Part shown: piece by piece, positions 1-9,671 of the stretch
Position numbering within the stretch: position 1 is the stretch's first letter
How the letters are laid out: every line of letters starts with the position of its first letter
Assembly: GCA_963677595.1 (NCBI GenBank)
Contig: OY782041.1
Location: forward strand, 128,001 to 192,000
Reading direction: 5' to 3'
Length of the DNA: 64,000 nucleotides
Source: Spirochaetia bacterium
GTDB lineage: Bacteria > Spirochaetota > Spirochaetia > CAKZLE01
The notes under the pieces: generated by a model
The model's input: the letters and a program-made list of their open reading frames with translations, nothing else
What the model was told of the DNA's origin: nothing
Databases searched by the model: none
Made by a program: the position numbers and the translations under genes

Positions 1-333
1 TTCAATGTTCTTGCCCATAATCGTGATGACCATGCAAAGAACTTCAGTTTCCTGATGGATGAGTCCGGGCAGTGGAAGCTTTCCCCTGCCTACGATCTGA
101 CCTTCTCTTCAGGGCCCGGCGGCGAACAGAGCACGCTGGTCCTGGGAGAAGGACGATCCGTGGACAGGGAGCAGCTCGTGACCCTCGGACTCCGAGCCAA
201 GGTACCAAAGCCGCAGATCAGGGATATCCTTGATCAGACACAGTCCGCACTCTCCCGGTGGCCGGCTCTTGCAGCGCAGTACGGGGTGAATAGGGCGAAC
301 GCTTCACTGATCAGGAAGAGTCACTGTTTATAG
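1..333 (+). CDS. HipA-family kinase toxin, C-terminal part (5' end outside window)
   Basis: Frame 1 from base 1 reads FNVLAHNRDDHAKNFSFLMDESGQWKLSPAYDL, which carries the HipA NxDxHxKN and LSPAYD motifs. Confidence 0.85.
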   Translation, partial: FNVLAHNRDDHAKNFSFLMDESGQWKLSPAYDLTFSSGPGGEQSTLVLGEGRSVDREQLVTLGLRAKVPKPQIRDILDQTQSALSRWPALAAQYGVNRANASLIRKSHCL

Positions 334-370
334 GAATACCGTATGCGCTCATGCTCATCCGATCACAGGA

Positions 371-1291
371 TCAGGGCAGTATATTCCCGGCAGCCAGGTA
401 GATCTCATACCACTCCTCACGGGTGAGGTATATGTCCATCGCAGCCCTGCACGCTTTCAGCCGCTGGGGATTCATCGTCCCGGTCACAGGCTGCATCTTT
501 GCAGGATGCCGCAGTAGCCAGGCGATCGTGATCGTCACATTGCTCACACCGTAACGCCCTGCGATCTCATCGATCTTCCTGTTGAGTTCGGGGAACTTCT
601 CATTATCGAGGAAGACCCCCTCGAAGAACCCGAACTGGAACGGTGACCAGGGCTGGATGGTGATGTCCTTCAGGCGGCAGAAATCGAGGACGCTGCCGTC
701 CCGGTTCACTGCAGCATCATCGAGCATGTTCACATGCAGGCCCTGCGTGATCATATTCGTGTTCGTGATACTGAGCTGGAGCTGGTTCGCGACGATCGGC
801 TGCCTCACGAACTTCTGCAGGAGCTGTATCTGCATGGGATTCTGGTTCGAGACACCGAAATGGCAGACCTTGCCGCTGTCATGCAGCTGGTCGAAGGCCT
901 CGGCTACCTCCTCCGGCTCCACCAGAGCATCGGGTCGATGCAGGAGCAGGACATCGAGGTACTCGGTCTTAAGGCGTCTGAGGCTCCCCTCCACCGATGA
1001 GATGATATGGTCCTTCGAGAAATCGAAGGCTACACCTTTCCGGATTCCGCACTTCGACTGTAGCAGCAGTTTCTCACGCACATCACTGCTCATATGTACG
1101 GCTTTTGAGAACACCGTCTCACATACTCCATCACCATAGACATCGGCATGATCGAAGAAGTTCGTGCCCAACTCGAGGGCAGTCTGGACGAATCGTTCCG
1201 CCTCCTGTTTATCTATCCTGTTTATGCGCATACAGCCCACTGCTATAGCGGGGACGTCCAATCCCGATCTTCCTAATGGTACCCTTCTCAT
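371..1291 (-). CDS. Aldo/keto reductase (YdhF/YcsN-like)
   Basis: GCMR, FFDHADVYG, LQSKCG, DVLLLHRPD, FGVSN and NQLQLS motifs. Confidence 0.93.
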   Translation of the reverse strand: MRRVPLGRSGLDVPAIAVGCMRINRIDKQEAERFVQTALELGTNFFDHADVYGDGVCETVFSKAVHMSSDVREKLLLQSKCGIRKGVAFDFSKDHIISSVEGSLRRLKTEYLDVLLLHRPDALVEPEEVAEAFDQLHDSGKVCHFGVSNQNPMQIQLLQKFVRQPIVANQLQLSITNTNMITQGLHVNMLDDAAVNRDGSVLDFCRLKDITIQPWSPFQFGFFEGVFLDNEKFPELNRKIDEIAGRYGVSNVTITIAWLLRHPAKMQPVTGTMNPQRLKACRAAMDIYLTREEWYEIYLAAGNILP

Positions 1292-1705
1292 AAGTCCACT
1301 CCCTTCTTGTGTATAGCCTCTGCTGAAGCCCGGCTTTCTCTACAACCTGGTATAAGCATACCCCATTCAAGCTAGAAACTACAGGAGAAAATCACAGGTT
1401 GTTCCATACCACCCGGAGCTGAGAATGAGACATGGAAGGGATTCCTGAAAAAGGAAGAGCACACCATCACTGCAGCACTGGATTACAGTACGTTAGCAGA
1501 CCTCTGTGACCCGGATCGGCTGTCAGCCTGGGCTAGTTGTAACGGTGAAATCACGTGATTTTCAGCAGGTACACTTCCGTAAAAATGACATAAAAATGTA
1601 CTAATTTTGATTTTACTTCGCCAATTTACCTTTTATTGTCGTAATTTATTGATTTATGCGTACTTTTATGTGATAATTACTTAAATCTTTTAAGGGAGAA
1701 AGAAG

Positions 1706-3145
1706 ATGACACATCAGGCGCTAATCGACCTAATAGGCATGATACAGGTCCAGAGAACCGAATCCCAAACCCTTGAACTTAAAGCAGCCCATATCGGTTG
1801 TCCCAAAAGACTCTATGACACCCTCTCCTCGTTCTCGAACCAGGATGGCGGCGGAATCCTGGTCTTCGGCATCAGCGAACAAGATTCATATGGGGTTGTG
1901 GGTGTATATGACCCCCAGGATCTCCAGAAAAAGGTCAACGAGCAGTGTAAACAGATGGTGCCGCCTGTGCGTCCAGTCTTCACTGTCGTTTCCTTTGGAG
2001 AAGAGATCGTGGTGTCGGCAGAAATCCCAGGAATAGACATCTCTGAAAGACCCTGTTATTACGGTGGGGTTGGAAAGACCAAGGGGTCATACATCAGGGT
2101 CGGTGAGTCCGATGAGCCAATGAGCGACTACGAAATCTACAGCTACGAAGCGTTCAGGAAGAAATATGAGGATGATATCAGGGTCAATGAGCGATCTGAT
2201 GAAAGTGTCCTTGACAGGGAAGCATTCACCCAGTATATCGAGAGGATCAAGCTCCAGTACCCGAAACTCTCCAGGCTGCCCGATGCCGACATCTATCGGC
2301 ATCTCAACCTGGTGGTCCAAGGGAAGCTGACCCTGGTATGCACGCTCCTGTTTTCTCTCTACCCCCAGATGTTCTATCCGCAATACACGATCAACGCCAT
2401 GGTGGTTTTCGGGAATGAGCGGGGCATCGCTGCTGAGGATGGTGCAAGGTTTCTTGATAACAGACGCATTGAGGGGACGATCCAGGACATGTTGGCCCAA
2501 AGCCTCAACTTCCTTCAGAAGAATATGAAGGTGAAGACCATCATAGACAAAGAGAGCGGGAAACGGAATGACAAACCAGAGTATCCTGTCATAGCATTAC
2601 GGGAAGCCCTGTTGAATGCCCTTATCCACCGCGATTACAGTATCCACACCCAGGGGATGCCGATCGAAGTGATCATGTACAGCAACAGAATAGAGATACG
2701 GAATCCTGGAGGGTTGTATGGTCGGTTGACAGTCGATGACCTCGGGAGGGTCCAGCCTGATGCAAGGAACCCGGTACTCGCCAGAGCTCTGGAGTTCCTG
2801 GGTATTACCGAAAACAGATACTCAGGCATACCAACAATGCGGCATGAAAGCAAGGAGGCGGGGTTACGGGAGCCAGAGTTCAAGAATTCAAGGCAAGAAT
2901 TCCTTGTCACGTTCTATAATGCAAGACTTGAAGCCTCTCCTACAGAAAGTTCTGACCAGGAGAGGAAGATCCTTGAATTCTGCCGTCAGCCGAAGTCCCG
3001 CGATGAGATAGCACATTTTCTAGGGTTCAAGTCTACCCGCTGGGCAATGAGTGGATTTGTATCCCCCCTCCTGAAGGCGGGTCGACTCAGGATGACATTG
3101 CCTGATACCCCGAAGTCAAAGAACCAGAAATACTATACGGCCTGA
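1706..3145 (+). CDS. Schlafen/AlbA_2 domain + RecG-C-like ATPase domain + winged HTH protein
   Basis: N-terminal ESQTLELK and SFSNxxGGGxLVFGI; ALREALLNALIHRDY, NPGG, RNPVLA and ENRYSGI; C-terminal PKSKNQKY; AT-rich upstream region with AAGGGAG SD. Confidence 0.85.
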   Translation: MTHQALIDLIGMIQVQRTESQTLELKAAHIGCPKRLYDTLSSFSNQDGGGILVFGISEQDSYGVVGVYDPQDLQKKVNEQCKQMVPPVRPVFTVVSFGEEIVVSAEIPGIDISERPCYYGGVGKTKGSYIRVGESDEPMSDYEIYSYEAFRKKYEDDIRVNERSDESVLDREAFTQYIERIKLQYPKLSRLPDADIYRHLNLVVQGKLTLVCTLLFSLYPQMFYPQYTINAMVVFGNERGIAAEDGARFLDNRRIEGTIQDMLAQSLNFLQKNMKVKTIIDKESGKRNDKPEYPVIALREALLNALIHRDYSIHTQGMPIEVIMYSNRIEIRNPGGLYGRLTVDDLGRVQPDARNPVLARALEFLGITENRYSGIPTMRHESKEAGLREPEFKNSRQEFLVTFYNARLEASPTESSDQERKILEFCRQPKSRDEIAHFLGFKSTRWAMSGFVSPLLKAGRLRMTLPDTPKSKNQKYYTA

Positions 3146-3171
3146 GACGATACGCAGAAGTTCCAGCAACT

Positions 3172-4524
3172 TCACCTGCCCTTTCTTCTCTTTCCTGAGA
3201 CAGCAGGCTTCTTCCCTCCCCTCAGCAGTACCCCAATGACCAGGATGAGCAGCGTGAGGATCACGAAGGGAATGATCATAGCCTTCTGCACCGCCCCGTA
3301 GATGATGTACCCCGACCCGACGGCTGCCAGTGCCGGCATGATGAAGCGGACGAGGATTGACTCATCGGCGAAGGTCCTCATGACCCAGAGGTAGAGGGAG
3401 AGGTAGATCAGGTAGAGGAAGGCGATAGGCAGCTCCGATATATCCATGAAGCCGCCCCACCAGCCGTTGAAGCTTCCGTACCAGACGGTGAGCCAGGCTG
3501 CTGACACGACCAGTCCGAGGAGCCCGGAGTTGACGGTACTGTTGGTCCTGCCGCTTATATGCCGGAAGAAGCCCGGAGCCGGGCCAAGGTCCCTGACGGA
3601 GATGGAGTACATCCCCCGTACCGAGCCCATGACCAGCCCGTTCAGCGTCCCCAGGCAGGAGACGATGACGAAGAGGGTCAGGACCGTACCGGCCAGGTCT
3701 CCGAAGACGAGGGAGATGACCTGGACCGGGGCGGCATCCCCGGCTGCGATGACCTGGGAGTTCGTCAGCACCCCCGCGATCCCGATGTAGTAGAGCATAT
3801 AGGCAGCGACGACCACGACCGCACCGGCGAGGAGCGCCTTGGGAAGGGTCTTCCTGGCATCCTTGAGTTCCGCATTGATCGAAGTCGCAATGATCCAGCC
3901 CTCATAGGCGAAGATCGTGGAGAGGGTCGCCACGGCGAGCCCCCCTGAGGTTGAGATATTCTCTGCGCTGCTGATGAAGCTGTTCACAGTCTGCCCGCTC
4001 GACAGCCCCCGGATCAGGCCGATGATCACGACCAATGCGATCGGGATGAGCTTGATCATGGCAGTGGAGACCTGCCACCTGCCGGCAAGTACCGGCGAGA
4101 GGAGGTTCAGGAGAAAGAACAGTGCCAGGTAGATGAAGGCGACCAGCCACAACCCTGACTGCAGGCCCAACAGCCCGACGGTATAGTTCGCCGAGACCCA
4201 GGCCAGCACGGCACAGAGGGTCGGGTAATAGACCATGGTCATGAACCAGCCCACGATATAGCCGCCGGATACCCCATAGGCCTCCTCGAAATAGTCGACG
4301 AGGCCGTTCACCTTCTCGTAGCGGGTCGCGATCTTGGAGAAGACATAGGAGGTGATAACCATGATCCCCCCGCCGATGAGCCATGCCGTGAGGGCTACCG
4401 GCAGGGAACCCCCTGACGCGATGAGCACATCGTCAGCCTTGAAGAAGACCCCTGACCCGATAACGATCCCGACCACCATGGCGGCAGCCGTCCAGAACCC
4501 GTATTTCTTCTCTAATCGTTCCAT
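3172..4524 (-). CDS. APC-family amino acid permease
   Basis: VVGIVIGSGVF and FAYEGW motifs, about 12 hydrophobic segments; AGGAG SD before ATG at 4524. Confidence 0.9.
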   Translation of the reverse strand: MERLEKKYGFWTAAAMVVGIVIGSGVFFKADDVLIASGGSLPVALTAWLIGGGIMVITSYVFSKIATRYEKVNGLVDYFEEAYGVSGGYIVGWFMTMVYYPTLCAVLAWVSANYTVGLLGLQSGLWLVAFIYLALFFLLNLLSPVLAGRWQVSTAMIKLIPIALVVIIGLIRGLSSGQTVNSFISSAENISTSGGLAVATLSTIFAYEGWIIATSINAELKDARKTLPKALLAGAVVVVAAYMLYYIGIAGVLTNSQVIAAGDAAPVQVISLVFGDLAGTVLTLFVIVSCLGTLNGLVMGSVRGMYSISVRDLGPAPGFFRHISGRTNSTVNSGLLGLVVSAAWLTVWYGSFNGWWGGFMDISELPIAFLYLIYLSLYLWVMRTFADESILVRFIMPALAAVGSGYIIYGAVQKAMIIPFVILTLLILVIGVLLRGGKKPAVSGKRRKGR

Positions 4525-4608
4525 GATACACACTCCTGTTGCCTGAAAATCGTTGCCTTGTTGCCGGCGCATCGGAGGCTACCATACCATACTTACTCTC
4601 GTTGGGCA

Positions 4609-4642
4609 AATAAAAAAGCCGGAGACTTTTGATCTCCAGCTT
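4609..4642 (-). terminator. Rho-independent terminator after the anti-sigma gene
   Basis: Minus strand AAGCTGGAGA-loop-TCTCCGGCTT followed by TTTTATTT. Confidence 0.7.
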
Positions 4643-4669
4643 CTCATCGACGGGACGAACTGTCAGTCA

Positions 4670-5329
4670 CTATTCAGTGACGAGTTCACTCTCCTCCGGC
4701 AGTTCCCCGAGGGACTCATCCCAGGGTGTGGTCGGGTCATCGACGACCTCTTCGGTCATCGTCACCGGGACACCCTCTATATCCTTCAAGCGCATATCGA
4801 CCTCGTACCCCTTCTTGTCCAGGAGAACAAGGATCTCCTCGACCGAGAGGTCATCAAGTATACGCGCGACAGCTACGGAATCAGTGGCACTGACCTTGAC
4901 CATCTCACCGGCTGCTTCCGGCTGTGCTGTCGCCTCAGCCGTCGCGATGACGGGGATCGGTGTGTCGGTCACATCCTGGCCGGCCTTCATGTTCTGGACC
5001 ACGAAGAAGTTGATAGCGAAGAGGCAGACGAATGCGGCTGCTACCCCGATCAGGGCTGGCGTCCTCACATAGAGTCGTCGCTTCATGAAGCGTGTCGGCT
5101 CCTCTGATACCACATTGCTCTTCAGGTACTTCCATACCCGCTCTTTCTGGTCCTCGAACTCGAAATCCTGGATCCTGGCGGCCTGTATCTGCCTGCCGAG
5201 GGATTTCTGCTGCTCGAATCTATGTTTGCAGCTTTGGCAGTGCAGAAGATGCTCTTCCACCTGGGTCTTCCACGGTTCACTCAGTTCACCGTCGATGTAA
5301 GCTGACAATGTCTTATCATCCAGACACAT
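4670..5329 (-). CDS. Zinc-finger (zf-HC2/ZAS) membrane anti-sigma factor
   Basis: LSAYIDGEL...HLLHCQSC (HxxxCxxC), one TM segment, overlaps the ECF sigma gene. Confidence 0.88.
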   Translation of the reverse strand: MCLDDKTLSAYIDGELSEPWKTQVEEHLLHCQSCKHRFEQQKSLGRQIQAARIQDFEFEDQKERVWKYLKSNVVSEEPTRFMKRRLYVRTPALIGVAAAFVCLFAINFFVVQNMKAGQDVTDTPIPVIATAEATAQPEAAGEMVKVSATDSVAVARILDDLSVEEILVLLDKKGYEVDMRLKDIEGVPVTMTEEVVDDPTTPWDESLGELPEESELVTE

Positions 5330-5846
5330 ACATATCCTCCTCGTTCAGCAGTTTCTCAAGCTGCTGCCTGGCCCGATGCACTCGAACCTTCACGTTACTC
5401 TCGGAGATGTTCAGTATAGTGGCTATCTCACGGTAGTTCAGTTCACTATACTCTTTGAGCACCAACACAGCTCTCAGTTTCTCCGGCAATTTATGTATCG
5501 CTTCCCGGACAAGAGCACATGTCTCCTTTCCGAGAACCTCATCTTCACCAGTCTTCAGGGCAGGTTTCGTCTGTTTCTTGATCTTCTCTACAGCTACCTG
5601 TTCCCTGCCCTTGCGCTTCACGTAGTTGATGGCGAGATTCTTCGTCACACGGATCAGCCAGTACTTCGCCTCATCAACCGATGGAAATGAAAGGTTACGG
5701 TTATAGAACCTGATGAAAGCTTCCTGACAGATGTCCTCTGATGCATCCATGTTGTACGTCACATGATAGGCTACACGCATCAGAACGGGGAAGACTTCCT
5801 TGTACACTAGCTGAAAAGACTCATAACCGCTGCTTTTAACTTCCAT
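5316..5846 (-). CDS. ECF RNA polymerase sigma-70 factor
   Basis: EDICQEAF, WLIRVTKN, LPEKLRAVLVL and SESNVKVRVHRAR (regions 2 and 4); start taken at ATG 5846. Confidence 0.92.
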   Translation of the reverse strand: MEVKSSGYESFQLVYKEVFPVLMRVAYHVTYNMDASEDICQEAFIRFYNRNLSFPSVDEAKYWLIRVTKNLAINYVKRKGREQVAVEKIKKQTKPALKTGEDEVLGKETCALVREAIHKLPEKLRAVLVLKEYSELNYREIATILNISESNVKVRVHRARQQLEKLLNEEDMYVSG

Positions 5847-5874
5847 AATAATTAACAACACACCATAAATTAAG

Positions 5875-7293
5875 TTACACGATTGATTTCCATTTTGTAC
5901 CAGAAGTGGTATCAATGATCTCTATTCCCTGCTCCTTGAGAATATCACGAATCTCATCGGCTCTGGCGAAATCTCTCTCTTTTCTGGCAGCTTCCCGTTC
6001 CTTGATCAATGCGAGAAGCTCATCACTCAACTCCTGAGGTTTCTCTACCTCTACTCTATCTATTCGTAAACCAAGGACTTTGTCAATATCATAGAGGACC
6101 GTCAGCTTCTCGGAAGGGGTGAGTTCTCCGTCTTTCAGGAGCCCCCAGACCACCGAGAGGGCCCTCGGCATGTTCAGGTCAGCCTCTATATGGGAGGTGA
6201 ACTCCTTCCGGTACCCCTGGGCTTTCTGCGAGAGTCCGCTGAGCTCAAGGGGGGCTGCCCCCTCCTCCAGCAGCTGCTGCACCCTCGAAGTCAGGTTGGT
6301 CCGTGCGGTCCGTGCGGATTCCAGCGCATCGAAGGAGAACTGGAGCTGGGAGCGGTAGTGCCCGCCGAGGCAGAAGTACCGGTAGTCCATCGGGTCATAG
6401 CCCTTCTTCTTCAGCAGAGAGAGCGTCAGGGTCTCCCCCTTGCTCTTCGACATCTTCCCACTCTCATCAAGCAGGAACTCCCCGTGCAGCCAGTACTGGA
6501 CCCACGGGCTCTTCCCCGTGGCGGCCTCGGCCTGTGCGATCTCGTTGGTATGGTGTACCGGGATCGCATCGATCCCGCCGCAGTGGATGTCGAACTGCTC
6601 ACCAAGATACTTCATGCTCATGGCGCTGCATTCGATATGCCATCCGGGATACCCCACTCCCCAGGGGGAGTCCCAGACCATCGCCTGATTCCCGAACTTC
6701 GACTGGGTGAACCAGAGGACGAAGTCCTTCGGGTTCCGCTTGTTCGAGTCCACCTCGATCCGGGCGCCCGACTTGAGCTCCTCGAGGTCGAGTCGTGCCA
6801 GCCTGCCGTATGCAGGATAGGTATCGATGCTGAAGTAGACGTTCCCGCCGGCGGTATAGGTATGCCCCTGGTCCTCGAGCCGCTTGATCAGGTCGATCAT
6901 CTCCTGAATATGTTCAGTAGCTTTGCAGGTCACGGCAGGATTCTCCAGGTTCAGGTCCGAAGCATCTGAGAGGAACGCATCGGTATAGAACTCAGCTATC
7001 TCGTAGACGCTCTTACCGGTCTCCCGGGAGGACTTCACCATCTTGTCCTCACCGTCGTCACCGTCACCGACGAGGTGCCCCACATCGGTGATGTTCATGA
7101 TGTGCTTCACCGAGTACCCGGTGTATTCGAGTACCCGCCTCAGGATGTCCTCGAAGATGAAGGTCCTCAGGTTCCCGATATGTGCGTAGTTGTAGACCGT
7201 GGGTCCGCAGGCATACATCCTGACCTCGTTCCCGTCCATCGGCTTGAACTCTTCGAGAGACCTTCTCATCGTATTGTATAACGTTAATGACAT
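5875..7293 (-). CDS. cysS: Cysteine--tRNA ligase
   Basis: CGPTVYNYAHIGN (HIGH), PGWHIECSAM, KMSKS. Confidence 0.98.
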   Translation of the reverse strand: MSLTLYNTMRRSLEEFKPMDGNEVRMYACGPTVYNYAHIGNLRTFIFEDILRRVLEYTGYSVKHIMNITDVGHLVGDGDDGEDKMVKSSRETGKSVYEIAEFYTDAFLSDASDLNLENPAVTCKATEHIQEMIDLIKRLEDQGHTYTAGGNVYFSIDTYPAYGRLARLDLEELKSGARIEVDSNKRNPKDFVLWFTQSKFGNQAMVWDSPWGVGYPGWHIECSAMSMKYLGEQFDIHCGGIDAIPVHHTNEIAQAEAATGKSPWVQYWLHGEFLLDESGKMSKSKGETLTLSLLKKKGYDPMDYRYFCLGGHYRSQLQFSFDALESARTARTNLTSRVQQLLEEGAAPLELSGLSQKAQGYRKEFTSHIEADLNMPRALSVVWGLLKDGELTPSEKLTVLYDIDKVLGLRIDRVEVEKPQELSDELLALIKEREAARKERDFARADEIRDILKEQGIEIIDTTSGTKWKSIV

Positions 7294-7321
7294 TCCTGAA
7301 CCAAACCTCTACCCAATATAT

Positions 7322-7350
7322 TTGCCCAAAAGGGATAATTCCGGTACAAT
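7322..7350 (+). promoter_or_regulatory. Sigma70-type promoter of murB, probably leaderless
   Basis: TTGCCC-17 bp-TACAAT, ending 7 nt before an in-frame GTG at 7358. Confidence 0.6.
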
Positions 7351-7357
7351 GGTACCT

Positions 7358-8287
7358 GTGCCTTCAAATGTACGTGAAACAGGTGAAAAAATCAACATGA
7401 ATCAATTAGTACAAAAAGATATCATATTGGAATCGCTCACATCGATCAAGGCAGGGGGGAAAGCCGCCTATTACGCCAGGCCGGAGGACTACGACCAGCT
7501 CGTGGGGATCCTCTCAATGGTACGGTCCGAGGGACTCGAGCTTTCCATCCTCGGCGGCGGCACGAACACCCTCATCTCCGACAAGGGCATTCCCGGCCTC
7601 CTCCTCGACATGAGGAGGTTCAAGACGATCCACACCAGGGGGACCCTCCTCACCGCGCGTGCAGGCAGCACGCTGGAGCGGGCAGTCGCCCTCTCAGCTG
7701 AAGCAGGCTTGTCAGGCCTGGAATACTTCTCAGGACTCCCGGGCACCGTCGGGGGAGCCGTCTTCGGGAACGCAGGCTGTTTCCACCATGAGATCGGTGA
7801 GGTAGTCGAGTGGGTCGAGTACTTCGATATGGACGGTGAGCTCCATAAGATGTGGCGCGACCAGTACCGGTTCTCCTACCGCAGCTCTCCCTGCCGGACG
7901 AACAGGTGGATCATCACGCAGATCGGGTTCAACCTGGCACCGAAAGCCCCGATCTATATCCAGCAGCAGGCAAAAGCCTACCGCCAGAAGCGGCGTGAGA
8001 TGGGCCACTATCGGTACCCTTCGATGGGATCGATCTTCAAGAACCCCATCAACCCGAAGACTGGGATGCGGGTATCAGCCGGGGAACTCATCGATGCTGC
8101 CGGGTTGCTCGGCTATACGGTCGGGAATGCGAAGGTTGCCGAATACCATGGGAACATCATCATCAACCCCGGCGGGAAGGCCGGCTCTGATGACATTTTC
8201 CAGCTCATCGGGTATATTCAAGATACGGTCGAGAAGGTCCACGGAATCACCCTGGAACTCGAGATCAACCTGCTCGGCCAGTGGTAG
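7358..8287 (+). CDS. murB: UDP-N-acetylenolpyruvoylglucosamine reductase
   Basis: GGGTNTL, GLEYFSGLPGTVGGAVFGNAG, FSYRSS, SMGSIFKNP, LELEI; start uncertain (7349, 7358 or 7397). Confidence 0.95.
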   Translation: MPSNVRETGEKINMNQLVQKDIILESLTSIKAGGKAAYYARPEDYDQLVGILSMVRSEGLELSILGGGTNTLISDKGIPGLLLDMRRFKTIHTRGTLLTARAGSTLERAVALSAEAGLSGLEYFSGLPGTVGGAVFGNAGCFHHEIGEVVEWVEYFDMDGELHKMWRDQYRFSYRSSPCRTNRWIITQIGFNLAPKAPIYIQQQAKAYRQKRREMGHYRYPSMGSIFKNPINPKTGMRVSAGELIDAAGLLGYTVGNAKVAEYHGNIIINPGGKAGSDDIFQLIGYIQDTVEKVHGITLELEINLLGQW

Positions 8288-8317
8288 CCGATACATCCCA
8301 GCAAGAAGGAGTCCTTC

Positions 8318-9670
8318 ATGAACGAACCACTGCAGCACTTCCTTGAATACTATGACAAGATGACTCTTTCCGAACGTAAGGAGTTCCTCAAGGAACTGCC
8401 CTTCGATGACCTCTTGGAGGACTGGGATGATCTCGAGAAGTTCGAGGCAGAGAAGATCTTCGTCGAGCTGCCGTTGGAAGTCAAGACTGACCTGATCTAT
8501 GAACTGCCGAACGATAACCAGGAACACCTGATCCTCGGGCTGACCGAGAAAGGGAAGAAGGAGCTCTTCGAGATGATGGAACCGGATGACCTGGTAGACA
8601 TCATGCAGTCGGTGAGCAAAGAGGTCCGTGACGCTGTCTGGAAGTCGCTCACCGATGATGACAAGCGGGAGATGCTCTTCCTGCTCAGGTTCGACGAGGA
8701 TGATGCGGCAGGGATCATGACCCCCAGGTTCATGGCTGTGCAGGCCCATACCACCGTCGGCCAGGCGATCAACTTCATCCGGGCCAACTGCGACACGGTC
8801 GAGTTCCTCTTCGGCGTCTATGTCATCGATCAGCTCGAGCGGCTCACCGGGTTCGTCACGATCAAGGACCTGCTCGCATCCAAGGATGATAGAAGGATCA
8901 GCGAGATCATCACGGAGCAGAAGGTCATCTACGCCTATGAGGATACCGACCAGGAGGAGGTCGCCAAACTGATGGAGACCCACGACCTCGCATCGATCCC
9001 GGTCGTCAACCATGACCACATCCTCATCGGTATCGTCACCTTCGATGACATCATCGACGTCATCAGGGAAGAGCAGACCGAGGATGTCTATAAGATGGGA
9101 GGTATGGCCACTTCCGATGAGACCTACCTGCACAACACGGTATGGGACCTTGTGAAGATGCGCGTACCCTGGCTGATCATCCTGCTGCTGCTCGGGACGA
9201 TCTCGGCGAATGTGCTCAACCACTATGAGTCGGTACTGATCGGCGGGGCCTTCCTCGTCATCTTCATGCCAGTCATCACCCAGACCGGCGGTAACGCCGG
9301 CTCCCAGGCCTCTACCCTGATGATCCGGGGACTTGCCACCGGGGACATCGTCTTCAAGGATATCGCGAAGATCCTGACGAAGGAGCTGCTCATCGGGATC
9401 CTCATGGGTGTGATCACCGGCGGGGTCATCGTGATCAGGAGCATCTTCCTCCCCCCCGGGGTCGGCATCTACGAAGGGATGGTCATCGGCCTCTCCCTCA
9501 TGATCGTCGTCTTCATCTCCAACCTCATCGGGATCCTCGCCCCGCTCGGGATAGCCCGATTGGGCAAGGACCCCACAGTCATGTCTGCCCCGCTCATGGC
9601 CACCGTCATAGACATCTGCGGGTATGCGATCTACTTCGAGACCGCCAGGTGGCTGCTTGACCTGGGGTAG
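8318..9670 (+). CDS. mgtE: Magnesium transporter MgtE
   Basis: Acidic N-domain, CBS pair (AAGIMT...GIVTFDD), RVPWL, GGNAGSQ, DPTVMSAPLMATVID. Confidence 0.95.
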   Translation: MNEPLQHFLEYYDKMTLSERKEFLKELPFDDLLEDWDDLEKFEAEKIFVELPLEVKTDLIYELPNDNQEHLILGLTEKGKKELFEMMEPDDLVDIMQSVSKEVRDAVWKSLTDDDKREMLFLLRFDEDDAAGIMTPRFMAVQAHTTVGQAINFIRANCDTVEFLFGVYVIDQLERLTGFVTIKDLLASKDDRRISEIITEQKVIYAYEDTDQEEVAKLMETHDLASIPVVNHDHILIGIVTFDDIIDVIREEQTEDVYKMGGMATSDETYLHNTVWDLVKMRVPWLIILLLLGTISANVLNHYESVLIGGAFLVIFMPVITQTGGNAGSQASTLMIRGLATGDIVFKDIAKILTKELLIGILMGVITGGVIVIRSIFLPPGVGIYEGMVIGLSLMIVVFISNLIGILAPLGIARLGKDPTVMSAPLMATVIDICGYAIYFETARWLLDLG

Positions 9671-9671
9671 G

